64,000 nt of DNA from Ramazzottius varieornatus (taxonomy: Eukaryota > Animalia > Tardigrada): NCBI GenBank assembly GCA_001949185.1, contig BDGG01000001.1, positions 4,763,624 to 4,827,623 on the forward strand, given 5' to 3'. Below the pieces are notes generated by a model. The model did no database searches, was not told the origin of the DNA, and saw only the letters and a list, made by a program, of their open reading frames with translations. Every line of letters begins with the position of its first letter. The first letter of the stretch is position 1. Shown here piece after piece: positions 24,540-42,340 of this stretch. The position numbers and the translations under genes were made by a program.

Positions 24540-24681
24540 CTGTAGTGCTTCTTGAAGTTCGCGATTCACGTCATCACACGCGCGAAAGATCTCTTAGGGG
24601 GCTGGTAGGGAAAGATGTCGGACCGGGGTTCAACTGTACGCGTATGATCACGTGTTTCGCGAAGTCCAAGAAGCATTACAG
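24540..24681. mobile_element. 142-bp MITE sharing TIRs with the pogo element at 25765-27083
   Basis: TA|CTGTAGTGCTTCTTGAAGTTCGCGA ... TCGCGAAGTCCAAGAAGCATTACAG|TA. Confidence 0.85.
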
Positions 24682-24780
24682 TAGTCATTTGGTCAAACTA
24701 CAGTGTTGAGAATGCATCTCTTCCTGTGGTCACGTGGTCTCATGGCATTCATTTTCGGCACTGAATAAAGTACTGTACAC

Positions 24781-24924
24781 GCCTAAATATGGGGATGGAC
24801 AAAAATATGGGGAATGGAGCGAAAGCGACACGGGCCAGCTGAGGTTGACCAATCAACTAAATCAATCGAAGCACAGTCGCTTTCGCTCCGTTCCCCACAT
24901 TTTTGTCCATCCCCATATTTAGGC
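24781..24924. mobile_element. Hairpin MITE with ~49-bp arms; a diverged copy lies at about 46408-46525
   Basis: GCCTAAATATGGGGATGGACAAAAATATGGGGAATGGAGCGAAAGCGAC is mirrored almost perfectly. The internal CAGCTGA.GTTGACCAATCAA is shared with the 46.4-kb copy. Confidence 0.8.
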
Positions 24925-25764
24925 CAGGCGCGTGTACTACCTCAAGAGTTCTACGCAGCACGTGATATCTTCCGTAAATTACACCCGGGTTGAGACCATA
25001 CAATCTGCACATATAAAATCAACAATCAGACTACATGGATCAGGACTGAAATCACTCTTCCTCCCAATCTTCGCTTTCTACCGAGCTGAAGCTACATTCA
25101 AATGCATAATCCAGGTCATCCAAGTCTTCAACCAGGTCTTCCTGGCTTGCTAACATATATAAGGGCTCAGGCATAATTTGAGCACCCACAAAAGAATTTT
25201 CTACGGTTGTCACTTTAATTTTCTCCCAAGCTCCCGAGACAAAATCGATAAAATCCTGACGGCCTTCCTTCCCATCTTTCTAGCGCCAGCAGATGCCGCT
25301 GAGCCTCACCCAAGGTGTGAGTATCGTGATGGCTCCTATTTTCATGATGCAACAGAACAACACGAGACGAACAGACATAAGTTACGCACAAGATTAAAGC
25401 GAGTAGAATTAATCAGAATTTATCACTGTCATGGTTTGTATTGGAAAATCAAACAATCAACGCATCTCGTGTCAAGATACACACGGGTGATATGTACTGG
25501 TCCTATGACGTACTGCGTAGAACTCTTGAGGCAATACAGTACACGAGTACAGTAGAACAAAACCTCGGAACCAAACCCCGAAAAGAAACTTCACCTCCTC
25601 TTCGGATCTTACTCTCCTCCGTTATTGTCATATAGCGGGTGAGGGCGGATTTGGAACGTCGCCAAATGTCTGGAACATGTTCGTGTTCCAAAGTGGCGGA
25701 CATGCCCTGCCAGCAAAAATGAGAATGTGCGCCACTGGGGATATCGGTCATCCCCAATACATTA

Positions 25765-27083
25765 CTGTAATGCTTCTTGAACCTTCGCGAAGGTTGCCAA
25801 AGAAATGGGTATCACAGACTTCAAAGCCTCGAGAGAATGGCTCTACAAGTATCAGAAACGACACCAGATAGTGCAGAGATCTCCTACACATGTAGGAAGA
25901 AAACTCGTCATGACGGAGGAAGACATAGTAAGCTTTTGCTATGATACCGAAACTAATGTGACGTCAGCTTAACGCAACAGCAGTCTGCTACCTGTCCCTT
26001 TTGATGTTTGGCTGTAACGTGACGTCGAGCGTTCGTCAAACGCATATCGTTATTTCAGGAAAAGGAGGCTCAGTTTCTTCATATGGTCGAAGAGATCGCA
26101 CCCCTGAACGATATCCCGCCTTGCAGACTGATCAACTTTGACGAAACGTCCGTAAAGCTTCAGAATTCTTACAAGAAAACACTCTCACCGAAAGGAGTGA
26201 AAGAAGTGACCGTGATTGATCCAAATGCATCAAAAAAACACTTCACCGTAGGTCTAGCTACCGCCGCAGACGGATATAAATTTCCGGCTGTGGTGGTATT
26301 CAAGGTAATTAGAAGACGGGCAAGCTATCAGAGTGCATTCTGGAAAAACTGGACATTCCCCAAAAACGTGGTGATTTTTAGTACAAGTAAGTGCGAAAGT
26401 TTCAGTTTTCTATTATAATAGCACTTCCGGTCGAGAAATATTTTCATTTTTCGTCGTTACAGCTTCGGGATGGTGGCAGTCGAGCCTAGATATCCAGTGG
26501 ATCGAATCTACGTTTAACGACAAGGAAAAGTAGTTATCTGTGTCGAGACCACGCACCGGCGCACCTGAGCTACGAGAGTCCAGCTTTACTGGAGAAGAAG
26601 GGAATGGAACAAATCCTTTTTCTTGAAGGGCTCACTGGCAATTACCAGCCTCTTGACGTTGGGGTTAACTACCCATTTGAGTGCTACCTGACGCAATCCT
26701 ACCATGGATGGAGGGATCAGTGTACCGAAGTCACCAAGAAAGGGTATTTGAAGAAACCATCGCGTCAAGAGTTTTTTAATTCCTGTCTGAAGCATGATCC
26801 AAAATAAAAACATCCACTGTCGAAAACTCTTTCGGTGCGGCGAATATTTTGCCTGAACCATTCTACATGTTGGCTGACGAGAGTGTTGAAGACCTTAACT
26901 GCACTGCACTCTTGAATGCAGTTATACTTCTGTGGAAGATAACTAATCTGCGGGGCTAAATTTTCCATCGATGGTGAGGTATATGATGGATTGTTGATTG
27001 GCTAGACTGCGTGAAACTGGTACCCAACGGGCAAAATTTACGCGTATGACCACGTGATTCGCGAAGTTCAAGAAGCATTACAG
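25765..27083 (+). mobile_element. Internally deleted pogo transposon (DD35D) with a degenerate, intron-containing transposase
   Basis: TA|CTGTAATGCTTCTTGAAC..TTCGCGAA and TTCGCGAAGTTCAAGAAGCATTACAG|TA. Motifs DFKASREWLYKYQKRH, LINFDET, RDHAPAH and YQPLDVGVN. Introns at about 25928-26058 and 26387-26462. Frameshifts present. Confidence 0.88.
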
Positions 27084-27528
27084 TACATTTGCTGAGTCGC
27101 TGACATGAGTGACATCCCATGATCCCAGTTTGTTCACGCTCTGGCAAGCCGAATGTGACAACAACAACAGACGCTAGAGGGCCTGCGTACTCGCACTTTC
27201 GTTTTCAGGCTTTGAAGTTTCAATTAATTGGCATGCGCCCACATTCCAAAATTGATTTATTAATCTCTGAGGTTAGAAACTTGAATGATAACTCCTGGCA
27301 CCTTAGACCTGGAGGAGATCTGCCTGCTTACTGTGACGCTTTGACTCTGCAACAGTTCAGGACTTGGCCATCTCTTTCCCCCGACAACTTATGGGACATG
27401 TAATTCCAGCTAATTCCCGACGTGCTGCTGCTGTATATGGATTATATTGTGGATTATCATCCCACTTGGTCGCTACTGTACATGGCCTGCGTTGATGTGG
27501 ACTAGGTCTCGCTTTCAATATCCAGTAA

Positions 27529-33552
<6,024 letters not shown>

Positions 33553-34086
33553 GCCACGAGGACCCAACATCTTGGCGTTTCTTGTTTCTTATTTTATTTC
33601 ATGTTTGCTCTTTGTAGCACAGTACCTGTGTCTTGTACGGTTTTATAAAGGAATATCGCTTGGAGTAGTTTTTTTTCGGTTTTTTACGTTTCTATTTACA
33701 CCTTATTAGTCTCGGCTGTTTTAGACCCCCTGTTTTAGAGAGTTGTTTCGTCCGGTTTTATTCTTATTGGTTGTTTATAGTCTTTGCAGGAGCTATTTAA
33801 GTGAGAGGTATGCTAAGGTCTTCTGCACAACGGAAGGAACGACTTGGTGTATAAGCCTCGCACCTGATCCGCTGAGGACCCATAGTCCACTTCCTCCGGT
33901 GGGTAGCATTGAGTACAACAGTAGCTCTTCCAGTAAATTTCGTTTACACATACAGTACAGTACGTTCCCAAGCGACGACAGCTCAAGTCATCCTGTCAGA
34001 CTAGAATAATAGAACTCGAATAAGTAGAGACGTTCGACACCAGATATAATACAGTACAGCATAAGCAATGTTAGCAGGCCTCATCT

Positions 34087-35237
34087 ATGAATATAATCGT
34101 AGAAATTGTTTTGATAGCGGCTCTGGTTGTTGCTGATGTCGATTCTGCCTGTGTCCCAGCGTCAGATTCTTCTGTTTCTCCTACGTGCTTGAACATGGTT
34201 ATTAGTGATGGTATGTGAGGATGAACATGAAGTGGGAACTCAGTTGCCGACGTACATCGAAATGTCCTTTTCACAGACCTGAAGAACAACGGGAGCTGCT
34301 ACACATGCATAAGTCAAAATCTGACCGACAACGCAAACTGTTCCGGCTCTTCGCCCAGCAATATGGTGGACGTTCCAACCGGGCTCGCTGTCTCGAATAA
34401 TCCTGATTTTCCTGCTGTTTGCGTCACAATAACGACACCTATCAACCAAACAGGTAATCACGATAATTATTTCCCGCGTTTTATACGCAGAAGTCACGTG
34501 AAAACCAGCAGTCCGGGATTTGTGAGCCACGTGGCGACACCACAGCGTACGCAGGACAAAAGAAGCTTTCAAAAATGGGCGGAGCGTCTTAAATGCGGGA
34601 AACGAATTACAATTTCAGATAAACCAATATTCAAATTCGATTGGGAATAACTACCTGGTTTAGCTGACACCCATTTTTTGAAAGCTTATTTTATCCTGCA
34701 CTGTATCAATAACTTCTATCTGTAGGCGATCGTCCTTTTTTCGTTCGGAAATACGATTCAGCCGCCAGTTATTTCGCCTGGCTTGATCCCGGACTTAACC
34801 TGACTAGTGGCTGCCGCATCTTGAAAGATCCAGAAGCTGACGACGGACGAACTCTGATCTTCTGTATCTGCGGGAGTAACTTGTGCAATAAAGAGCCTCC
34901 ACAAGATTTTAGCACTTACCAGAACCCGTACGGAACTGGAGTGGATGTCAAGTCTATTGTGAACGTGCAACCGAGTCAAACCCAGATGGCACAGATGGTA
35001 GCTGTTCAAGCAAAAGTGGCACCCGTCGTAATGGTAGCGATGACCTCACCGCCCATTGTGACGTCCGGTTTGACCTTCTCCGCTCGAACCACGCTAGCGA
35101 TTTCTGGCAGTATTAATGCTAACCAGAGTTCCGGTAATTCAACAGTTATTGGCCATGGATTTTCGGTTACCCAAAGCTCTATCTTGTTACAGTTGCTCCA
35201 CGTAATTCTTTGCGGTGCTCTGTTGCTTAGTCTTTGA
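34087..35237 (+). CDS. Secreted, probably GPI-anchored Ly6/uPAR (three-finger, quiver-like) protein. Exons 34087-34210, 34277-34452, 34726-35237
   Basis: Signal peptide MNIIVEIVLIAALVVADVDSA, then CYTC, the CxCx4CN signature FCICGSNLCN, a Ser/Thr-rich stalk and a hydrophobic C-terminus. Two phase-1 introns join into one open frame. Confidence 0.75.
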
Positions 35238-35255
35238 ACTTTTAGAACCTCGCAG

Positions 35256-35487
35256 CAGTGTTATTTTAATCATTATAATTGGAAATCGATTTTAATAATT
35301 AAAATTGTTCTAATTGTGCGGGTTGGTGTTCGCTTGATTGATTGATCCCTAATAGGAAATCGAATTCTAATTTTGATAATTAAAATTCGTCAGCGGTAAT
35401 TGATTTTCCTTGCAGTCAGCTGATCACGTAGACTTAACATTAGCACTTGACTTTTAATAATTTTAATTGCATAGTAAAATAACACTG
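35256..35487. mobile_element. hAT-type MITE just 3' of the Ly6-like stop codon
   Basis: TIRs CAGTGTTATTTTA / TAAAATAACACTG with degenerate 8-bp TSD CCTCGCAG / CCCAGCAG. Confidence 0.7.
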
Positions 35488-35625
35488 CCCAGCAGTAAAA
35501 TACGCAGTAGAACATGCAGAGCTACGAGGACACAATTAAGGAGTTGTCGTCAACAGACACAGGGAAAGTAGGTGCAGCGCCTACTCTCTCTGTTTCATTC
35601 ACAACTCTGCTATTTTCCCCTTATA

Positions 35626-36051
35626 CACGCACGACGAGATATTATGGGCCAGGCGGAAAAGACGGCAAATTTACAATTTGTATGGAAGTCAGAAACAGAA
35701 ATCGCACAAAGAAAGTAACGTAGTAAAATTCAACCGTAGAAAATTGTCATGGACGGTGGCCATCAGCTGATCAGCTGTTTTACTCTAACGCGTCCATGCT
35801 GCTGTCGACTTTCTCCCGGAGGCCGGAGAAGCCTTGGAATAGTTTGAACTGTTGAAGATATAATGAAGATCTGACTGCTATAACATTGATATGACAAGCT
35901 TTAGCTCCTCGGCTCAATATCGAGCACGCAAATACAGCAGTGCGGCTTTCGATGTGGTTTTTACTTGAAGCAAGGATCCCCTGCCCGTGCCGCCGTAGCG
36001 AAAAGGCCTGGTCCGTAATTTTTACTGGCCCGCGGTTTCTCTTCGTGCGTG
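35626..36051. mobile_element. TA-flanked MITE, same family as 36488-36684
   Basis: TA|CACGCACGACGAGA ... TCTCTTCGTGCGTG|TA. Shares the internal GGCGGAAAAGA.GGCAAA and GTAGCGAAAAGGCCTG with the second copy. Confidence 0.7.
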
Positions 36052-36487
36052 TACTGTGATTAGCATCGTCTAACACTGTGTCGCATTTATGGCCTTATAG
36101 ACACAGTAGGCCTGTCCTGACTCAACCAGGTCGATCGATCCGAAGTCGGCTTACGATCCGAGGTAAATGACATAAGACGCTTGTTTTTCCTGTTTTGCGC
36201 TACCGAGGTATTTTCCAAATTGTGCAGGAAACGTTTTTTTCTGGAGGGGTGTTAGCCGAAACCGCTTAGGCAGTGATCTAGAATAAACTTTAAGGTATTT
36301 CATGTTGGAGACAATCGGAAAACGATCACGTGGGAAGATTTTGGCGAAAATGTTTATGTAGGGAAGAAAGCTGAAAACAGGTGTTTTATACTGGTTTTCA
36401 AGGCATGGTTTGCAGTATAGGCCGGATTAGCTGTTTCTGGGACACAGCTATCTGTCCCTAATGACTTACCGAAAACTTTCTGACGTA

Positions 36488-36684
36488 CACGCACGACGGG
36501 TAATTATGGGACACTAAACTTTGTGGGACGGGCGGAAAAGATGGCAAAATGGAAATTCAAACGTAGAAAAGTGTCGAAAAATGTATCACTGTGAATCGGT
36601 CGCTCACGTACGTTCATCCGTACCGCTGTAGCGAAAAGGCCTGTCCAATAATTTTTAGTGTCCCATAATTACCCGCCGTGCGTG
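36488..36684. mobile_element. Tc1/mariner-type MITE with TA TSD
   Basis: TA|CACGCACGACGGGTAATTATGGGACACTAAA ... TTTAGTGTCCCATAATTACCCGCCGTGCGTG|TA. Confidence 0.85.
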
Positions 36685-36775
36685 TACTATTGTTCACGAT
36701 AGTGCCCACAAAGCCAGCTCACAAAGCCAGTGCCCACAAAACCAGTCTTCCATACATGCTGCGGTGATCAGCTGC

Positions 36776-36877
36776 TTTGCGGACAATGGTCAAAGGTTCG
36801 TTACCGTGTCATTTGGTGTCAACTCTAAATTTGGATCTGTCTTCGTGAGCTCTAAATGCCATGTTCTTAGAGGGGTG
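36776..36877. repeat. Dispersed ~100-bp repeat with an inverted copy at about 56431-56530
   Basis: GGACAATGGTC..TTACCGTGTCATTTGGTGTCAACT..GAGCTCTAAA is the reverse complement of the 56.45-56.53 kb sequence. Confidence 0.75.
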
Positions 36878-38395
36878 CAAAGTCGGCGGGTCCGAGAATC
36901 GCCAAATAGCAAAAGCCAGCGCCATATTCAATCAGCGTCACTTCGTAGTCTTTCTTCACTTGCTTCTGTTTTATGATCCGGTCGTCCGATTTTGACTGTT
37001 CAAGGCCATGCGTACATCAACTTAGCCGTCGGGTTTCAAGGGCTTACTCTTTCGTGGGCAACCCCTTCCCCCGAGGGGCAACCTCAATGATATTTTGCGA
37101 TAGGTCACCCAAAGATTCCAGACTTCGGGGTGAGCCCCGAAACCCGACGACCAAATTGATGCAAAGATGCGACTTCAATTTAAGCACCGCCACCTGAATC
37201 ACACTTTATCCTGAATCTCTTTCCAGTTACGTGATCACCATGTCACCACCTCGATCAATCAGCCGATAAGTACAGGTTATTTGAACCAGGAATTGAAGGT
37301 CGTTTCCGAGTCCCACTCCCGGGTCACACGACCGGTTTAGAGACAATTCTAGACAGCCCTAATGTAGCGAAAATACCGTTCTGTCGACCACAGCAGAAGA
37401 GTACCAGTTCGAAATCCCGGGATGGCAATATCCCGCGACCGATGAATTCTGGGATGCAAACCCGGTGGTGAAGTAATAATCCTCACTTCTTTAGTACGTC
37501 ACCGACAAGGCAGCTTAGTGGACAGTGCGCGGTAAACTTTCATTTTCGTTTTTGAGACTTGAGTGACCGTAGAAAAAAGCCGAAAATGCCGCTCTACAAC
37601 ATGGTAGGTTGTCATGTGATGTTACGACGACGTTGAATTTGCTATCCGCAAAGCACCAACTCGCTCGTTTCAGCATGTAAAAACCTGCTTTATGACGTAT
37701 TAAAAAAGTGAGGATTATCAGTGTACCGAATCTCGGGGCACCCATGTCCCGTGAATTCATAAAAAGTCCCGTTGGACTAGAATCTTCGACATAGCAAATC
37801 TCGGTGACACCAAATCTCGTGCAACTCAATTCCCAAAAATCCTCGGCCTAACGAGGGAACCTTCAGACCATTTCACTCGCCGATCACGATAGAAATGATT
37901 TCACGTGATAGCTGAGACTCATGGCTCTCTACAAAGTATCGGGAAGAACGGTGAATAACCATGCCCTGGCTCCACAGCATTTCTCGAATGCGTGGCAGTC
38001 GACATTGCAGAGACAGAACTGAGAGTACGAGACTGCGTACAGTAAAGGCCAATCAATCAAGTTATTCATCAATCAAGTCACAATGTATGCTAACATGACT
38101 CACATGCCATATCATGTCAGGTCATACATGGTATGTCATCGCAAAAACGGTAAACGAAATTTGTTAACCAACGGTCAGATTACTTTAAAATTCCGATCAT
38201 TTCGGACAGAATTTAAGTACGTGCGTGCATTTGTACCCTAGGTTGTAGATATGTTTTACTGTACGTATCGATCTTCGATCAGCTGATCGGGGGTTTATAC
38301 CCTACAGCAGGATGCACCACAAGCAAACTCTGATGGCTGACGTAGAAAGTCTCTTTACTGTTCACATGACTCGATAACACACCAAAATCGACAAC

Positions 38396-40538
38396 TCAGT
38401 TATCCTCGTCTTCTTCTTCCTCGGCCTCCATATCAGTGTCTGAATCGTTAGTCTCTTCTTCGAAAAAAGAGGAGTCTTTTACCAAGCTTAATTCCAGCTC
38501 ATTGGAATCTTCTTCTACCGTCTCACCTATACAAACCGAAGGGGATTTGGATCTTTTGCAGCTCTTGTTTCCCGAAACGCTGGCTGTCTGGTCATACCGA
38601 GACGATCGGTCAGCAAGGCACTTGGCATCCGTCGTCAGCTCACAACGGTTCCTCTCGCAGGTAGTGGGAAACCACAGCCAGGTTATCTCGTTGAACTCTG
38701 GCAAAACATCGCTTTTCCGAAGGAGCTCTGCTACGTAAAAGAATTTTTTGACAACTTCCACATCCACTTTCTTCCAAGCTGAGGACGCCATCTGTATGAA
38801 CTCGTTTTTCCCAGGTTTCTTGATATAGCCTGCTGCGGTGAAGCTAATGTTTTCTCGCCTCCAACGTCTGTATTCTACTTTCAAGAATTGTTTGAAAATC
38901 CCGTTAACGCTCATGTCGAGCGGTTGGTATTTCCCAGTCATGCCTGAAACACGCATATTCGGGACGAGCAAAAGCAGCGCACGTTCTCAGTGTTATTAGC
39001 TCAAAGTGTGCGCCACTTAGGAAATCGCTCTACTCGCGTTTGATTGCTGTTCGCAAGTGGCGCACGCTTCCAGTGTCACTAGCTGGACGTTTGCGCCACT
39101 TCTGAAAAACGAACTGGCGCTTTTAACTTATTTCGAGCAGACCTGACCTGGAGGGATAACAATCTGTTGAACATTGCGTTGTTCCATGGCGTCAAAACTC
39201 TCGTCTCTCACATGCACGGAGAACTTGTCGCGAAAAATCACGGTTGGAGGATAATTCTCAACATAGTCATCGTCGAATCGACCATTCCACCAAGCCTTTC
39301 GCGCACTTCTCACTACGATATTCTTAGGAACATTCAGTTTTGCGATGTACGCGTCACTCAACACTCCAGCTAGGGATGTTAATTATCCAACCACAACGGA
39401 TGTATCCGGATTTATCCGGATAAAACCTGGATTGGATAAACGTATTATCCATCCATCAACAACCCTAACTCCAGCCTTCGCCGTAGTCTTGAAGATAACT
39501 TCAGCGTGATATTTGAATCCATCTGCCCTGATGGTGAGGTTCACAGTAAAGCCTTCCTTGTCTCCTGTGGGATGTGAAACAGATACCTAGGGAAAAAAAT
39601 GTTCCCTCCAGAAAATATTCGGGATGCTAAAATCAGGATCCTTACGAAGAAATTTTCACCTCTTTTACTCCTATGGGAGAGATTGTTTTTTTTCCCAGTG
39701 CGACCACACGGACCATCGTTTGATCCATGTTAAGGATCCTTGATTTGGGAAGGTTTGCCATGTTGACGTGCTCTTCAATTGCACAGAAGAACTTCTCATG
39801 GATTTCCTAAAAGCGAAAGTCATTTGAAAAGCCGGCAAACGAAACGTACAATGTTATTTCAAGCGGCGCGTATATCGGTGTAATTAGCTGGAAGTGTGCG
39901 CCACTCCAGAAAGCATTGCAGGTTATACAGGATTTACCAGATCTTCAGCCGTGAACGTGGTTTTTCGGGCAGTATGTGTTACGGCTCGGGTAACGAGGCT
40001 GTATCTCTTCTTGAAGGTACAGCACCAGTGATCCAACGCCTTGAAGCCTGTGTTTTCTCCGTGATTACGTTTCACGATCTCCAGCGTTTTCTCCTTTATA
40101 TCGCTGTTTCTTACTTCGAGGCCGAGATATCTTTGATCTAACACGTAAAGGTACACTTCGTCTTCCACTGCCCGAAATCTGACGGGACGCTTCCGTTTGA
40201 GAGAAGGCGGACCAGATGGTCTAGAGAAGATGAACGCTGTGGTTACTCCCTAGCACTAAGACGTGCAACACACGCGAAAGCAAACTTGGCAAGATCCTTT
40301 TTCAAGTGGCGCACGCGTCCAGCCGATAATACTGAAAACGTTCGCCTGTCACGCAAGAAAACTTGACAAGATTGTACCTGTTGATCCACTCAAACAACGT
40401 GTTCTTCGGAATCCGGAGTTTATGTGCAAACTCCCTAATCGTTACGCCGTTCCTCTCCTTCTTCTCATAATAATGGTCAACTGCCCGACGTTTCTCGTCC
40501 TCCGAATAAGAATTGTAACATCCACGCACCTTCGGCAT
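38396..40538 (-). pseudogene. POGK-like pogo transposase (N-terminal HTH, CENP-B HTH, DD35D) with four introns, disrupted by a hAT MITE
   Basis: Motifs YSEDEKRRAV..IPKNTLFEW, VEDEVYLYV..FKALDHWCCTFKKRY, ILNMDQT, IFRDKFSVH and KYQPLDMSVN, with an acidic tail. Introns at about 40377-40221, 39936-39807, 39659-39587 and 39142-38944. Confidence 0.88.
39371..39467. mobile_element. 97-bp hAT MITE inserted in a transposase exon
   Basis: TIRs TAGGGATGTT / AACAACCCTA with perfect TSD ACTCCAGC (39363-39370 and 39468-39475). Removing it restores KAGVLSDA. Confidence 0.9.
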
Positions 40539-42044
40539 GATGCAGATATTAAGAAAGTCGACTGGGGATGGCAAGGAATGGCCCGATTAAACGCTGTAGC
40601 CCTGCTTAAACGCTGTAGCCAAGCAAAGACTAGCACTGGCAACGGGTTTCAAAAAGTGGGGGCCAATAAACCTACTAGGTGTGAGTATTCATGATAAATT
40701 CTCAGGTTTAGTGGGTGACTAACGAGAGTAGGATTCAGTACTTAATTTCGGTGGGTGACAATAACGTTTGTGAGTCTTACTGGGTGACAATAAGTGTCTT
40801 TACAGTTTAAACGTGTGTTGGGGGAAAAATTTCCCGACGGAACTGATCGCCGCTCGCTCGTAGTCGACAATTATGTTGCGAGTCTTGGGGTCGCCGACTG
40901 GACGAAATGGTATAGCTTGCAAAGCATCTCGGAATTTTAGACTTGGCAATGGTGTGGTTATACCAAACCAAACCGATAGAAGTGGTGTACGTTCCAGAGT
41001 TCAGACCGAAGTTTTCGTTTTGGCGTTCAAGGACACCACGCCGAAAAAAACCTAAAAAGGCTGAAAAACTTCTGGTGCACCACCTAATAGAAAAACATGC
41101 CTCGAAATATCTTGATCGTGAATCAAAGCGAAGCACCGCAAGCTCGTCTGGCGAAACGTGCAGGGAAACCCGACAGGACCAGTAGAGCTGAGCACGCGGA
41201 CGTCATGTTACCTTGGGTATGTGCAAGATCAGCATTTGGTTTCTGTATATACATCTTTGTCGGGTCAAATTTTTCTCCCTAGCGTCCACCAGATACGGGT
41301 TTCGGTTTTCGGCTTCTCGGTTTGGTATGGTGTGGTGCACTGAAAACGACGAGCTTACAGTCGAGACGCCAACAGTTTGTCTGCTATGTTGCTAGCCACG
41401 AGCTTGGTGTCGAGCTATTATTGCGTGATTAATGATGGGGGATTTAGGGTTCAATATCCTTCGGAGCACTCTACTCGCGTAGAGTAAGCCCCGATAAACT
41501 GGCAAAATTTACGGAAAGACGAAAACAGACGGGAGGAAGGGAACCGGGAAGAAAGGAAAAACTTGCGAGCGAAGGGCAGAAGAACCTACGAGGGTGGATT
41601 ACTGTTTTTCAAGTTCACTGAGCATCGGTTATCGGGTCAAAAGATGACTCAAAATCGTGAGAGTCTCAAAAAATAGTTCGAATGAATAATTTGGGGTGAA
41701 ATCCGAAGGTTCCAGCCGACGTGCAGAAATTACTCCATGACATGAGTCAATAGCACCATGAAATATCGCATTACTCCAGCTGGCCGATAGGAACTATTGA
41801 AATTTTCGACAAATTTGAAACTTTGATGCTGTTGCTTGCAACCAGTGGGATCACTGTGATACCGCACGGGCAAGTGTAGTTTCAGCCTGCGAAAGTGGAA
41901 GTTTTCTCCTATTATAGACTCTCCCCTGTATCATGCAAGGCTGTGCCGTATACTGGACCGTGCCGCAGTAAGGGGGCATACTCTCAAACGTGATTGGTTA
42001 GGATAATGCACCAAAAGTACTGTAGGTCATGAATCATACTGCAA

Positions 42045-42148
42045 GAGCTAGCTTACGTACACGGTACATAGCTCGGACGTTCCGTTCGTTCGTTCAAAAC
42101 GGTTAAACGTTTCTTAAATTTTGACGAACAGGGAAACGTCGGGGCTAT
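42045..42148 (+). repeat. ~100-bp direct repeat with a (GTTC)n tract; second copy at about 44873-44981
   Basis: AGCTT..TAC..AGCT.GG.CGTTCCGTTCGTTCG..AACGGTTAAAC..ACGAAC.GGGAAACG.CGGGGCTA occurs at both sites. Confidence 0.75.
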
Positions 42149-42340
42149 TAACTGCCAAGAAATTACCACAAAATCCTCGTCCGAAATATCCTCAATCGCT
42201 TTCCGGTTTGGATCTAAAATCGTGCCGTATAATTCCGGCTTGACCTGACAACTCGGGACAGTACCTCAGATTAATGCTCAGAAACAGTTGCGCATCACCA
42301 TTTGCTTTTATCATGTTAGGCAAATGCATCGCAATTCACG

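Noticed and set aside
38340-40806. Possible TIRs for the four-intron pogo transposase
   Set aside because: Only weak, gapped similarity between about 38342-38372 and 40772-40805, with no clean TA-flanked pair.
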